Translations under genes and position numbers: made by a program
The notes under the pieces: model-generated
Told to the model about the DNA's origin: nothing
Databases searched by the model: none
The model's input: only the letters and a program-made list of their open reading frames with translations
Shown: one piece after another, positions 20,761 through 31,019 of the stretch
Layout of the letters: every line of letters begins with the position of its first letter
Position numbering within the stretch: the stretch's first letter is position 1
Assembly: GCA_963792405.1 (NCBI GenBank)
Contig: CAWBVU010000005.1
Location: forward strand, 198,628 to 262,627
Source: an uncultured Acidimicrobiia bacterium
GTDB lineage: Bacteria; Actinomycetota; Acidimicrobiia; Spongiisociales; UBA5794
Direction: 5' to 3'
DNA: 64,000 nt

Positions 20761-20886
20761 GAGCGATACCTTGCTACCGATCGGGGAGAATTGCAAGTAT
20801 GTGATTCTCGCACGAATGGCGGACTCCGCCGACGGCGGGCGCCGCGGCGACCGCGTACGATGGGACGACCGAACGTGGGAGACGGC

Positions 20887-21913
20887 GATGGGTGGGAGCG
20901 ATGTGACACAGCGAGATCGGGTTGCGGTGGTCGGTTCGGGATCATGGGGCACCGCCGTCGCCTCGATGATCGCACCGCGGGTCGACACCACGATCTGGGC
21001 GCGACGTTCCGACGTGGCGCGAGAGATCGAGGCGGACCACACGAACGCCACCTACCTGCCGGGGGTCGAGCTGTCCCCCACCCTCCACGCGACCGACGAC
21101 CTCGCCGCTGCGATCGAGGGTGCCGATGCGATCGTCGTCGGTGTCCCCTCCCACGGCTTCCGTGAGGTGATGTCGAGCGTCGCGGACCTCATCGAGCCGT
21201 CGGTGCCGATCCTCTCCCTGAGCAAGGGCATCGAGCAGGACACGCTGATGCGCATGACCGAGGTGACCGCCGACGTGCTCGGGAACCACAACCCGTCCGT
21301 GATCGGCGCCCTGACGGGACCGAACCTCGCTCGCGAGATCGTCGCAGGTCAGCCTGCCGCGACGGTCATCGCGATCGAGGATCAGGACGTGGCACGCCAG
21401 CTCCAGGCGATCTTCATGAATCCACGCTTCCGCGTCTACACGAACCCCGACGTCGTCGGGTCGGAGATCGCGGGTGCCGTGAAGAACGTCATGGCCATCG
21501 CGGCGGGCATGGCGGCGGGCAAGGGTTTCGGCGACAACACCCTGGCGACACTCATCACCCGCTCGCTCGTCGAGATGACCCGCCTCGGCGTGGCGATGGG
21601 CGGGGACGTGAGGACCTTCTCCGGTTTGGCAGGACTCGGTGACCTCGTCGCGACATGCAACTCGTCCCAGAGCCGCAACCATCAGGTGGGCGTGGCCCTC
21701 GGCAAGGGCAAGGCACTCGACGAGATCATCGGAGAGATGAAGATGGTGGCCGAGGGGGTGAAGTCCACGAGCGGCGTCCTCGCCCTCGCCGAGCGCCACG
21801 GTGTCGAGATGCCGATCGCCGAGCAGGTCGGGCGGGTGCTCTACGAGGGGCTCGACACCGGCACCGCCGTCGCCGAGCTGATGACCAGGAAGGCCAAGAG
21901 CGAGTACGGCTGA
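20887..21913 (+). CDS. gpsA: NAD(P)H-dependent glycerol-3-phosphate dehydrogenase
   Basis: VAVVGSGSWGTAVA Rossmann motif with GpsA homology throughout. Confidence 0.85.
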
Positions 21914-21945
21914 CGCGGCACGGCGGGCACACCGCCCCGGCGGGG

Positions 21946-22569
21946 TCACACCGAGGGGACGATGAACCTCGTGCGCGCTTCCTCGACCTCGAGACGGGTC
22001 GCGCAACCCTCGAGATGGTCGTTCACCAGGCCCATCGCCTGCATGAACGCATGGACGGTGGTGGGCCCCACGAACCTCCAGCCGCGGCGTTTGAGGTCCC
22101 TCGCCAGCTCCGCGGAGGCATCCGTGGTCGCCACCAGTTCCCTCGGTGGCCCTTGCCGCGGCGGTTCGTGCGACCAGAAGTAGGTGGCGAGTGAACCGAA
22201 CTCCGTCTGCAGCTCGAGTGCCCTGGCTGCGTTGTCGATGGCGGCTTCGATCTTGCCGCGGTGCCGGACGATGCCCGCATCCGACATGAGCCGCTCGACG
22301 TCATGATCGTCGAAGTCGGCGACGACCTCCGGAGCGAATCCGGCGAAGGCCCGCCTGAAGTCGTCCCGCTTGCGCAGGATCGTGATCCATGCGAGGCCGG
22401 ACTGGAACCCCTCGAGGCAGATCTTCTCGAACAGCCTTCGGTCGTCCCCCTGGGGGAATCCCCACTCGGTGTCGTGGTAGCTCCGATACGCCTCGTCGCC
22501 GGCGCCCCACCAGCAGCGGGGGATGCCGTCGTCTCCCTCGATGACGTGCACGGCGGGGCCCTCAGCCAT
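21946..22569 (-). CDS. tag: DNA-3-methyladenine glycosylase I
   Basis: RCWWGAGDEAYRSYHDTEWG and EGFQSGLAWITILRKR motifs. Confidence 0.8.
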   Translation of the reverse strand: MAEGPAVHVIEGDDGIPRCWWGAGDEAYRSYHDTEWGFPQGDDRRLFEKICLEGFQSGLAWITILRKRDDFRRAFAGFAPEVVADFDDHDVERLMSDAGIVRHRGKIEAAIDNAARALELQTEFGSLATYFWSHEPPRQGPPRELVATTDASAELARDLKRRGWRFVGPTTVHAFMQAMGLVNDHLEGCATRLEVEEARTRFIVPSV

Positions 22570-22864
22570 CCGCGCTGCCGAGATCGGCGTCGTTCCGCTT
22601 GCGCTGCGCCGCCCTCGAGTGGCGGAGGACGACGTTCATCAGTTCCTCCACGTAGTCGGGGTCGAGGTCGAAGGCGAGGGCGTCGTCCCTGAACTTGGCG
22701 AGCAGCTGCGCCTCGCGCTCATGGGAGTAGAGCGGAAGGCCCCGCTCGGCCTTGATGGCCCCGATCGCGACCGATACGTCCTGTCGTTCGGCGATGAGCT
22801 CGAGGAGGCGGTTGTTGATCTCGTCGATCTGTGCGCGCAGGGCGGTGATCCTCGGGTCGTCCAT
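22562..22864 (-). CDS. Chorismate mutase (AroQ class)
   Basis: 100 aa; LRAQIDEINNRLLELIAERQ and the typical AroQ helical pattern. Confidence 0.7.
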   Translation of the reverse strand: MDDPRITALRAQIDEINNRLLELIAERQDVSVAIGAIKAERGLPLYSHEREAQLLAKFRDDALAFDLDPDYVEELMNVVLRHSRAAQRKRNDADLGSADG

Positions 22865-22906
22865 GGTCAGACAGTAGGCGTGTCGGCGGATTTCGGTTCG
22901 GCTGGC

Positions 22907-23953
22907 CTATGCCGAGAGGTGCTCGACCGCCGCACGGGCCAGCAGTGGGGCGATGGGCTCGAAACCGGCGAACCGGCGATCGGAGGTCTGCCCTGCGGCG
23001 AACCTCGCATAGATCTGCTCGATGATCACGGCGATGCGGAAGAGGGCGAAGCCCTCGTAGAAGGTCACATCGGCGACGTCCAAGCCCGACCGCTCGGCGT
23101 ACCGCTCCCTGACCTCGGACTTCGGCATCACCTCACCGATCGCCACGGCGCGTTCGCCGAACACGAGGAAGGTCGGATCGTCGGGCTGGGCCCAGTAGGC
23201 GAGCATCGTGCCGAGGTCGACGAGCGGGTCACCGAGGGTCGCCATGTCCCAGTCGAAGACAGCGACGAGGCGACCGTCGTCGCCGACCATGGTGTTGTCG
23301 AGCTTGAAGTCGTTGTGGAGGATGGTTGCCGCCTGCGCAGTGGGAATGTCCCGTGCGAGCAGTCCGACGGCCGTGTCCATGTCCGCCACCTCCCTGGTGG
23401 CGGCGGCCTGCCAGCGCCCCGTCCAGCCCTCGATCTGCCGCTGCACGAAACCGTCCGGCTTGCCGAGGTCATCGAGGCCCACGGCCGACGGGGGCACCAG
23501 ATGGAGGTCGGCGAGGGCATCGACGAGTGACTCCGCGACCGCTCGCTGCGTCACGGGCCGATCGGCGATCGACGGGGGCCACGAGGTGCGAACGACTTGG
23601 CCACGACGCCGCTCCATCACGAAGAACGGCTTGCCCATCACGGTCGGATCGGCACAGAACAGATACGCCTGGGGGGCGAGCGGGTACCGACGCCAGAGCC
23701 GGGACAGCACCGTGTACTCGCGCTCCATGTCGTGTCCCCTGCTTGCCACCTCGCCGAGCGGCGCGCGGCGCAGGACGTACTCGGAGCCGTCGTCGGCGAC
23801 CGCCCGGTACGTCAGGTTGGCGGCACCCCCGGGGAACTGGTCGAAGGCGATCGGCCCTTCACCAAACCGCTCGGGGAGGTGCTCCCGCAGGTAGCGGGCG
23901 ACGCGCTCCTCGTCGAAGCGCTCCTCGGGGCGGATGGGTGCCGTGTCGGACAT
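22907..23953 (-). CDS. Phosphotransferase enzyme family protein
   Basis: APH-fold motifs HNDFKLDN and DWD. Confidence 0.6.
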   Translation of the reverse strand: MSDTAPIRPEERFDEERVARYLREHLPERFGEGPIAFDQFPGGAANLTYRAVADDGSEYVLRRAPLGEVASRGHDMEREYTVLSRLWRRYPLAPQAYLFCADPTVMGKPFFVMERRRGQVVRTSWPPSIADRPVTQRAVAESLVDALADLHLVPPSAVGLDDLGKPDGFVQRQIEGWTGRWQAAATREVADMDTAVGLLARDIPTAQAATILHNDFKLDNTMVGDDGRLVAVFDWDMATLGDPLVDLGTMLAYWAQPDDPTFLVFGERAVAIGEVMPKSEVRERYAERSGLDVADVTFYEGFALFRIAVIIEQIYARFAAGQTSDRRFAGFEPIAPLLARAAVEHLSA

Positions 23954-24042
23954 GGCCGCGAGCCTAGATGGGTCCCAGGGGACCCACAGGTCGGCCCACC
24001 GCCATGGCGCCCCTCCCCATACGAGGCGGTCGAGCGAGCACC

Positions 24043-24810
24043 TCACTCGCCTGACCGGCCATCCTTCCAGTAGCCCCGCACATGGGCATCCGAACGTGCC
24101 AGGCCCCGATCCTCGAACAGGAGCTTCCGGATGCGCTGCATCGACGCCGCCTCACCGGCGGCCCAGATCCTCCCGCCCCGGGCGGGATCCATGTCCCGCA
24201 CCGCCGACACCAGTGTGTCCCCACGGGGCGAGCCCTTCGGGAGGACGAACCACTCGGCATCGACATCCCTGTGGAGGTCGACGCGTGCGTCCTCGTGTGA
24301 CACCTCGATCCTCGTGGAGATCTCGACGTCGGGCAGGGACTCGAGCAGCTGGCAGATGGCCGGGATCGCCGTCTCATCCCCGATCAGCGTGAAGCTGCGG
24401 ACCTCGGGATCGATCGCGTAGCCGCGACCCACGCCGGACACGGCGACCTCCTCCCCCGGCCGTGCGTCGGTCACCCATGCCGTCGCCGCGCCCGTGGAGT
24501 GGAGCACGATGTCGAGGTGGAGCTCCAAGGCGCCAGCGTCGAACCTGCGAGGCGTGAAGGTCCTGATGACGGGACGGCGACCGTCGGGAAGGAGGAACTC
24601 GTTCCCTGCCCATCCGGGAACCACGAGCATGCCGTCGGAGGGGAGGAGAAGCCGAACGCTCGCAGCGGGCTCATCGACGCGGAAGCCCTCGAGCTCTGGG
24701 CCCGCCAGCACCACCCTGGCCATGTGCGGCGTCACGGCCTCGGTGCGCACGACGCGCACCCGTCTGAACGGCGGCGGCTCCCTCCGGATGCGCGGGGACG
24801 GGGTGGTCAC
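24043..24810 (-). CDS. Siderophore-interacting protein (FAD-binding_9 family)
   Basis: RTFTPRR FAD motif and the SIP domain architecture. Confidence 0.65.
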   Translation of the reverse strand: MTTPSPRIRREPPPFRRVRVVRTEAVTPHMARVVLAGPELEGFRVDEPAASVRLLLPSDGMLVVPGWAGNEFLLPDGRRPVIRTFTPRRFDAGALELHLDIVLHSTGAATAWVTDARPGEEVAVSGVGRGYAIDPEVRSFTLIGDETAIPAICQLLESLPDVEISTRIEVSHEDARVDLHRDVDAEWFVLPKGSPRGDTLVSAVRDMDPARGGRIWAAGEAASMQRIRKLLFEDRGLARSDAHVRGYWKDGRSGE

Positions 24811-24828
24811 GGAAGATGTCCTCTCGGA

Positions 24829-25914
24829 TCAGGGGGCTGAAGCGACCCACGACGCGATGACGATCGCAACGGCGAACGACACCGTGGCCCCCACCTCCAG
24901 CGCGTGCCGCCATGGTGGGATGCCGGGCGCCCGGACGCCGGGCCCTCGCTCGACCGAGCCGACCATCGCGACGCCGAAGAGGGCACACGTGGACCCGGCG
25001 ATCAGCCATGCCGTCGTCGTGGGCAGCGACGTGTCGAGGAGGACGCGGTCGACCATCATCGCGAGGAACACGGTGGCGAGGTAGATGTTCGTGAACCCGA
25101 AGTACCGCATCGCCCTGGCGCGGTCGGACCGGAGCACCATCGCGTATCCGACGAGTCCGGCTGACATCCCTATGGCGACGACGGCGTAGATCCATCCGAC
25201 GCCCGCCACGGGGACGAGCAGGAGCGAGACACCGACCGTCACGAGCGAGTACCAGACGATGAGGTCGAAGGTGGCGCGCTCACCCGCCACGACCGGGAGC
25301 ATCGGTACCCGGGCCGCCCGGTAGTCGTCCTCGTACTTGAGGGACAGGGCCCAGAAGTGGGGCGGCGTCCAGAAGAACACGATGGCGAACATCACCCACG
25401 CGGCCGTGGAGAGGTCGCCCGTGACGGCCGCCCAGCCGATCAGGGCGGGCATCGCGCCGGCGGCTCCGCCGATGACGATGTTCTGCGTGCTCGATCGCTT
25501 CAGGACCATGGTGTACACGACCACGTAGTAGAGGTACGCGACGACCGACAGGAGTCCGGCGAGGAGGGTCGTCCCGAGTGCGAGGACCACGAAACCGCCC
25601 ACGCCGAGCAGGACACCGAAGGTGATCGCACCGGTGCGGCTCACGCGTTCCGTGGGGAGGGGGCGACCCTGCGTCCGACGCATCACCCGGTCGATGTCGT
25701 CGTCGTACACCTGGTTGATGACATTGGCGCCCCCCGCTGACAGCGTGCCACCGATGAGGGCATACAGCACGAGGCCGAACCCCGGCCACCCGCCGGCGGC
25801 CACGGCCATCGCCGGAACCGTGGTGATCAGCAGGAGCTCGATGATGCGCGGCTTCGTCAGTTCGATGTAGGAACGGATACTCGATCGCGCACGCGCCTGC
25901 GCCGTGTCGCTCAT
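24829..25914 (-). CDS. ctaB: Protoheme IX farnesyltransferase (heme O synthase)
   Basis: UbiA family; IELTKPRI plus polytopic membrane profile. Confidence 0.85.
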   Translation of the reverse strand: MSDTAQARARSSIRSYIELTKPRIIELLLITTVPAMAVAAGGWPGFGLVLYALIGGTLSAGGANVINQVYDDDIDRVMRRTQGRPLPTERVSRTGAITFGVLLGVGGFVVLALGTTLLAGLLSVVAYLYYVVVYTMVLKRSSTQNIVIGGAAGAMPALIGWAAVTGDLSTAAWVMFAIVFFWTPPHFWALSLKYEDDYRAARVPMLPVVAGERATFDLIVWYSLVTVGVSLLLVPVAGVGWIYAVVAIGMSAGLVGYAMVLRSDRARAMRYFGFTNIYLATVFLAMMVDRVLLDTSLPTTTAWLIAGSTCALFGVAMVGSVERGPGVRAPGIPPWRHALEVGATVSFAVAIVIASWVASAP

Positions 25915-26867
25915 ACCGGGACCCGGCGATCTGACGCCTCAGTCACGGGGTCACCGAGAAGTGACGCACCGAATACGACGAAGGCGATCCACAGGAGGTC
26001 CGCCACGGCGAGGTGGATGAGCTGGAGGGCGATGGGGGTGAGGAAGAAGATGTTTGCGATCCCGATGAACATCTGGCTCAGCACGATCATCGTCACGAGG
26101 GATGCCGCGCGTCGGGTGACGTTCGGCGACGTCCGCGACTCCCTGGTGGCGATCCATGCGACGAACATGCCGCCGATCACCGAGAGGATGGGATGCACGA
26201 TCCTGAGCCTGCTCAGCATCGGCGCCGTCGGCCCGAACTTCTCCGCGAGGTCGCCGGTCACGGTGTCGGACGGGAAGATCGTGTCGGCGAGGGCGTTGAG
26301 GGCGCCCGTTGCACCCATCACGATCAGCACTGCGGCGCCGAGCAGCACCCACCGCGTGCGGGTGGAACCCAGTCCCCGGGCAGGGGGCGGGTTCCCCGAC
26401 CCCCACCATGCGGTGAGGGTGATGGATCCGAGGAGCAGGAAGGTGTTCGCGAGGTGGAGGGGCACCACGATGGTCCTGCCGAGCGACACGTCGTCGTCCA
26501 CCCACCCGTAGAGGACGAGGGCGGCGCCGAGGAGGGCCTCGACGACGAGGACCACACCGGACACGACGGCGGCCTTGCGCACGATGTGGCCCCTTGGGAA
26601 GAACCAGAGGGCGAGCACGACGACCACGGCGACCCCGACACCAGCGAGGAACGAGGACGCCCTGTGGCTGAACTCGATGGCGGTCTCCACCGTCGGATTC
26701 GGCGGCACGAGCTGGTCTCCGCACTTGGGCCAACTCTCACCGCACCCGTCACCCGAACCCGTCGCCCTCACGACCGCGCCGCCCACGATGACGAGCACGT
26801 TGAAGGCGAGCGTCCCCCACGCCGCGATCGAGAAGATCCGGGTGCGCCGGGGGGTGACCTCGTCCAT
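25911..26867 (-). CDS. ctaA: Heme A synthase (COX15/CtaA)
   Basis: Cys pairs (GDGCGESWPKCGD), His-containing TM helices, and overlap with ctaB. Confidence 0.8.
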   Translation of the reverse strand: MDEVTPRRTRIFSIAAWGTLAFNVLVIVGGAVVRATGSGDGCGESWPKCGDQLVPPNPTVETAIEFSHRASSFLAGVGVAVVVVLALWFFPRGHIVRKAAVVSGVVLVVEALLGAALVLYGWVDDDVSLGRTIVVPLHLANTFLLLGSITLTAWWGSGNPPPARGLGSTRTRWVLLGAAVLIVMGATGALNALADTIFPSDTVTGDLAEKFGPTAPMLSRLRIVHPILSVIGGMFVAWIATRESRTSPNVTRRAASLVTMIVLSQMFIGIANIFFLTPIALQLIHLAVADLLWIAFVVFGASLLGDPVTEASDRRVPV

Positions 26868-26974
26868 GCGCTGAGGGTACCGGCGCCCCGAAGGTCATGG
26901 GAGGGCCGGAGACGGATCCCCGTGGGAGACCCGTGGGAGGAAGGGACACGGTCCCCGAGCGGTACCATCCCGGT

Positions 26975-27067
26975 ATGAAGAAGCTCATCGTCGTCGCGAT
27001 CGTCCTTGCGGTCGCTGCGATCATCTACAAGGTGCTCACGACCGAAGTTCCGATCGACGAAGCCTGA
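26975..27067 (+). CDS. Candidate 30-aa single-TM micropeptide
   Basis: MKKLIVVAIVLAVAAIIYKVLTTEVPIDEA; its stop lies 3 nt before the downstream hydrolase start. Absent from the ORF track because it is under 60 aa. Confidence 0.25.
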   Translation: MKKLIVVAIVLAVAAIIYKVLTTEVPIDEA

Positions 27068-27070
27068 CCC

Positions 27071-27832
27071 GTGCTCGGCGTCCGACGCTACGGCACGGGG
27101 CTTTCGCTCGTCGCCCTCCACGGCTTCACCCACACCGGAGCGCAGTTCGAGGACCTCGCGGATCGCATCGGCCGCGCCATCGTCGCTCCGGACCTCCCCG
27201 GCCACGGGAGGAGTGTCAATGCCCCCACCGGCGTCGACGCCGTGTGTGACGCCGTCGCAACGGAGATCTCCCGCGTGGGCGCGGGTGGGGACGTGCTCGG
27301 ATACAGCCAGGGTGGCAGGATCGCCCTCCTGACCGCGCTCCGATACCCGTCGCTCATCGGACGTCTGGTGCTGGTGTCGGCGAATGCGGGGATCGCAGAC
27401 GCCGATCGCACGACGCGGATGGCTGCCGATCGCCGCACCGCGGACAGGATCAGGGCCGTTGGCGTCGCCGAATTCCTCCAGGAGTGGACGGCGACCGGCC
27501 TCACGTCCACGACGCACCTTCCGGCGGCGACTCGCGCTGCGGACCTCGCACTGCGACTCGACAACTCCGCAGAGGGCCTCGCGCGAGCGGTGGAGGGGTA
27601 TGGGCAGGGCCGCCAGCCGTCATGCTGGGACCGACTGGACGAGGTCACGATCCCCGTCCTCGTCGTGACGGGTGCGTCCGACGCGCGGTACACCGACATC
27701 GGCGAACGGATCGCCGCAGGGATACCCCATGCCCGCCACGAGGTCGTCCCGGGAGCAGGCCACAATCCGATGCTCGATGCGCCCGCGGCGTTCGCCGCGG
27801 TGGTCTCAGGATTCTTCGATCGCCCTGGCTGA
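27071..27832 (+). CDS. Alpha/beta hydrolase (MenH-like)
   Basis: HGF/THTG motif and a GYSQGG nucleophile elbow. Confidence 0.65.
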   Translation: MLGVRRYGTGLSLVALHGFTHTGAQFEDLADRIGRAIVAPDLPGHGRSVNAPTGVDAVCDAVATEISRVGAGGDVLGYSQGGRIALLTALRYPSLIGRLVLVSANAGIADADRTTRMAADRRTADRIRAVGVAEFLQEWTATGLTSTTHLPAATRAADLALRLDNSAEGLARAVEGYGQGRQPSCWDRLDEVTIPVLVVTGASDARYTDIGERIAAGIPHARHEVVPGAGHNPMLDAPAAFAAVVSGFFDRPG

Positions 27833-28672
27833 CCCGGTCGTCCAGTCGTAGAAGCCACGCCCGGACTTCCTCCCCAGGCGTCCTTCGGCCACCATCGTGC
27901 GCAGCAACTCGGGCGGTTCGAAACGGGAGCCGTATACCGAGGCGAGATGTTCGGCGATCCGGAGCCGCACGTCGAGACCGACGAGATCCCCGAGCATCAG
28001 GGGTCCCATGGGATGCCGGTACCCGAGCTGCATCGCCGTATCGATGTCCTTCGGCGACCCGACTCCCTCCTCGACCATCCGGATCGCCTCGATACCGACC
28101 AGGACACCCAGCCTCGAGGTGGCGAAGCCCGCGGCGTCGGCGATGAGGGCGACCTCCATCCCGAGGTCCGTCACGATGTCGCGGATGCGATCGATGGTGG
28201 CCGAGCTCGTCGCCGAGCCGCGAATCACCTCGACGACGTCGATCGCCCACACGGGGTTGAAGAAGTGCATCCCCGCGAACCGGTCCGGACGTTCGATGGC
28301 GAGGGCGAGCTCGTCGATCGAGATGGCTGACGTATTGGATGCGAGGACGACGGGTTCGCGCGCTTCGGCCCTTCTCAGCACCTCGTGCTTGACGGGGACC
28401 GATTCGATCACGGCCTCGACGATGAGATCCAACCCCTCGGGGAGCGCCTCGATCGAGGACGCAGCACCGATGTTCGCCACCGCGCGCTCGAGGTCCTCTG
28501 GTTCCAGCTTGCCCCGCTGACCCGCCTCTTCGAGCGTCCCAGCAACGCGGCCGACTGCGGCAACGGCCGTCGCCTCGTCGACGTCCACGACCGTGACATG
28601 CGCATCGGCTCGTGCAAAGCGGTGGGCGATCCCGACTCCCATCGTGCCGCCGCCGATCACCGCGATCCTCAT
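27806..28672 (-). CDS. 3-hydroxyacyl-CoA (3-hydroxybutyryl-CoA) dehydrogenase
   Basis: IAVIGGGTMGVGIA Rossmann motif plus the 3HCDH C-terminal domain. Confidence 0.85.
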   Translation of the reverse strand: MRIAVIGGGTMGVGIAHRFARADAHVTVVDVDEATAVAAVGRVAGTLEEAGQRGKLEPEDLERAVANIGAASSIEALPEGLDLIVEAVIESVPVKHEVLRRAEAREPVVLASNTSAISIDELALAIERPDRFAGMHFFNPVWAIDVVEVIRGSATSSATIDRIRDIVTDLGMEVALIADAAGFATSRLGVLVGIEAIRMVEEGVGSPKDIDTAMQLGYRHPMGPLMLGDLVGLDVRLRIAEHLASVYGSRFEPPELLRTMVAEGRLGRKSGRGFYDWTTGSARAIEES

Positions 28673-29727
28673 CCCGACCTCCTCGCCGTCTCCCCAACAG
28701 TCTCGTCGCCCCGATCGACGGAAGCCAGACCGTTCAGGAAGTCATCGACCGCAGCGACGTACCGCTCCGGCTGCGTGATGATCGATTCGTGCCCGGCATC
28801 CGGCAGCCTCACGACCCGGGCGCCGTGCAGATGGGACGCCAGTTCCACCTGGGTCCTGACAGGGACCACCGCATCACGCTCGGTGATCACGACGAGGACG
28901 GGAACGTCGATCATCCGGAGGCGCTGGCGACTGTCGAACCGCCAGATCGCGAACGCGGCCTCGTGGTAGAGGTTCGCATCCCTCGAGAGGAGGGCATCCC
29001 ACATCCAGGCCTCCCCCTCCGGTGGGATCACCCGAGCGCGGCGCAGGGCGACGAAGGAGCCCCACACGGCTTCCGCTCGTGAGATCCGTGCGAGGGCACG
29101 CGACAGGCGCAGGGCCACCCACGCGAGGGGCCGCGCACGATCGAACGGCCTCGCCGCCGTGGCCCCGAGGACCAGCGCCGACGGGACGCCCGGATGCCTG
29201 ATCGCGAGCTCCTGGGCCACCATGCCCCCCATCGAGTACCCGAACACGGGAAGCGGCGTGGGAAGGCCGAGCTCCCTGACGATGCCCGCCACCTCGTCTG
29301 CGAGGTCCCCGATCTCGAACCGACCCCTGATGCGATCCGATTTGCCGTGGTTCCTCAGGTCGGGAACGACGACGCGATGGTTCCGTGCCAGCAGCGGGAT
29401 CGCGCGATGGAACACCATCTCCCCGTCGAAGCTCCAGCCGTGGATCAGGAGGATCGGTGGGGCATCCGATGGCCCCACCTGGCGAACGAAGAACTCGTGT
29501 CGTCCAACGAAGACCGACGTGCCCGGCGCACGCAGCAGTCGACGCTGCCCTGCGGACGTCCTCGGCACGGGGTCGGGCCCGAACAGCCGCCATGCGAGCC
29601 ATGCGGAGCCTGCGACGATCAGCGCCCTTCGCACGATGTGACCCACACTGGCACGGTAGCCGCGGGAGAGAGCGCTGGGGCCCGACCGCTGCCGCCGACA
29701 TCCCCGCCGGTGCACGGTCGTCGGCAC
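28669..29727 (-). CDS. Alpha/beta hydrolase
   Basis: HGWS and GYSMGG motifs; the start may lie at a downstream codon. Confidence 0.6.
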   Translation of the reverse strand: MPTTVHRRGCRRQRSGPSALSRGYRASVGHIVRRALIVAGSAWLAWRLFGPDPVPRTSAGQRRLLRAPGTSVFVGRHEFFVRQVGPSDAPPILLIHGWSFDGEMVFHRAIPLLARNHRVVVPDLRNHGKSDRIRGRFEIGDLADEVAGIVRELGLPTPLPVFGYSMGGMVAQELAIRHPGVPSALVLGATAARPFDRARPLAWVALRLSRALARISRAEAVWGSFVALRRARVIPPEGEAWMWDALLSRDANLYHEAAFAIWRFDSRQRLRMIDVPVLVVITERDAVVPVRTQVELASHLHGARVVRLPDAGHESIITQPERYVAAVDDFLNGLASVDRGDETVGETARRSG

Positions 29728-29757
29728 CGCCGTCGACCATGCCTACTGTGACCACCG

Positions 29758-30816
29758 ATGGACGACATCCGCCTGACGGCCTTCTCCCACGGCGCCGGTT
29801 GAGCGTGCAAGCTCGGTCCTGACGAGCTGACGCAGGTCCTGCGTCCTTTGCACGATCACCCAGCCACCCGCCACCCGGACCTCGTGATAGGGTTCGCCGG
29901 GTCAGATGACGCCGGGGTCATCGGCATCGGCGACGACCGCGTGCTTGCCCAAACGGTGGACTTCTTCACTCCGATCGTGGACGACCCGCGGTCGTGGGGA
30001 CGCATCGCTGCGGCGAACGCGCTGTCCGACATCTATGCCATGGGGGCGGAGCCACTGACCGCCCTCCAGCTCGTCGGTTGGCCGAGGGACGGGCTCCCCA
30101 TGGACATCCTGAGCGATGTGATGTTGGGCGGTGCCGACACGATGGCGGAAGCAGGGTGCGTGATCGTCGGTGGCCATTCGATCGACGACAGGGAGCCGAA
30201 GTACGGCTTCGCCGTGACGGGGATCGCCCGACGCGGCGAGATCACGTCGAACGGAGCTGCGACGCCGGGACAGGTCCTCGTGCTCACGAAGCCCATCGGA
30301 ACCGGAATCATCGCGACCGCGATCAAGAACGGACGCGCGACCGACGACGTCGCCGACGCCGCCATCGCCTCGATGGCGGCGCTGAACCGGGGGGCAGCGA
30401 ACGCCGCGAGGCGGGTGGGCGTGAGGGCCGCGACCGATGTCACCGGGTTCGGCCTGCTCGGACACCTCGCCGAGATGGTCAGGGCCTCGGGTGTCAGCGC
30501 CCACATCGACGTCGATGCGGTCCCCCTCCTGCCGAACGTCCGTGAGCTCACGCGGGCCGGGATGATCCCGGCAGGCTCACGTCGCAACCTCGCCTCGGTG
30601 ATACCGATGCTCGACCCCGGTTCGCGCTCGGAGGAGGACCGCGTGGTCCTCGCCGATGCCCAGACCTCCGGCGGCCTCCTGCTCGCCATCGATGCCCCCC
30701 TCGTGGACGCTCTCATGCAAGCCCTCGAGGATGCCGGGGTCAGGGGGTGGCCGATCGGCCGGACCGTCGCACGCGAGTTCAGCCACGGCCCCACAGGCCA
30801 GATCGCCCTCTCCTGA
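29758..30816 (+). CDS. selD: Selenide, water dikinase (selenophosphate synthetase) with an in-frame UGA (Sec) codon at 29800..29802
   Basis: ATG at 29758 gives MDDIRLTAFSHGAG-U-ACKLGPDELTQVL, which continues in frame into the track ORF 29848..30816 and aligns with the E. coli SelD N-terminus (IRLTQYSHGAGCGCK). DFFTPIVDDP and TDVTGFGLLGHL motifs are present. Confidence 0.85.
29829..29845 (+). promoter_or_regulatory. Candidate SECIS-like hairpin downstream of the selD UGA
   Basis: GACGCAGG-TC-CTGCGTC inverted repeat, 27 nt 3' of the UGA. Confidence 0.3.
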
Positions 30817-31019
30817 CCACGACGACACGATCGGTGGGAGAAGTCCCGCGATTTCCCTTCACAACGTGTCGATGTGGGGTAGGTTCAAGTCGTGGGCCGC
30901 AGAGCCCACGACGGGTCCCCCCGTCCCCCCTGGGGGACCCTCAGCTGGCGACGGGCCCCCACCTCGGGGCCCGTTGCTGCTTCTGGCGACCACAGGGAAG
31001 GCGATAGGCTGATCGTGCC

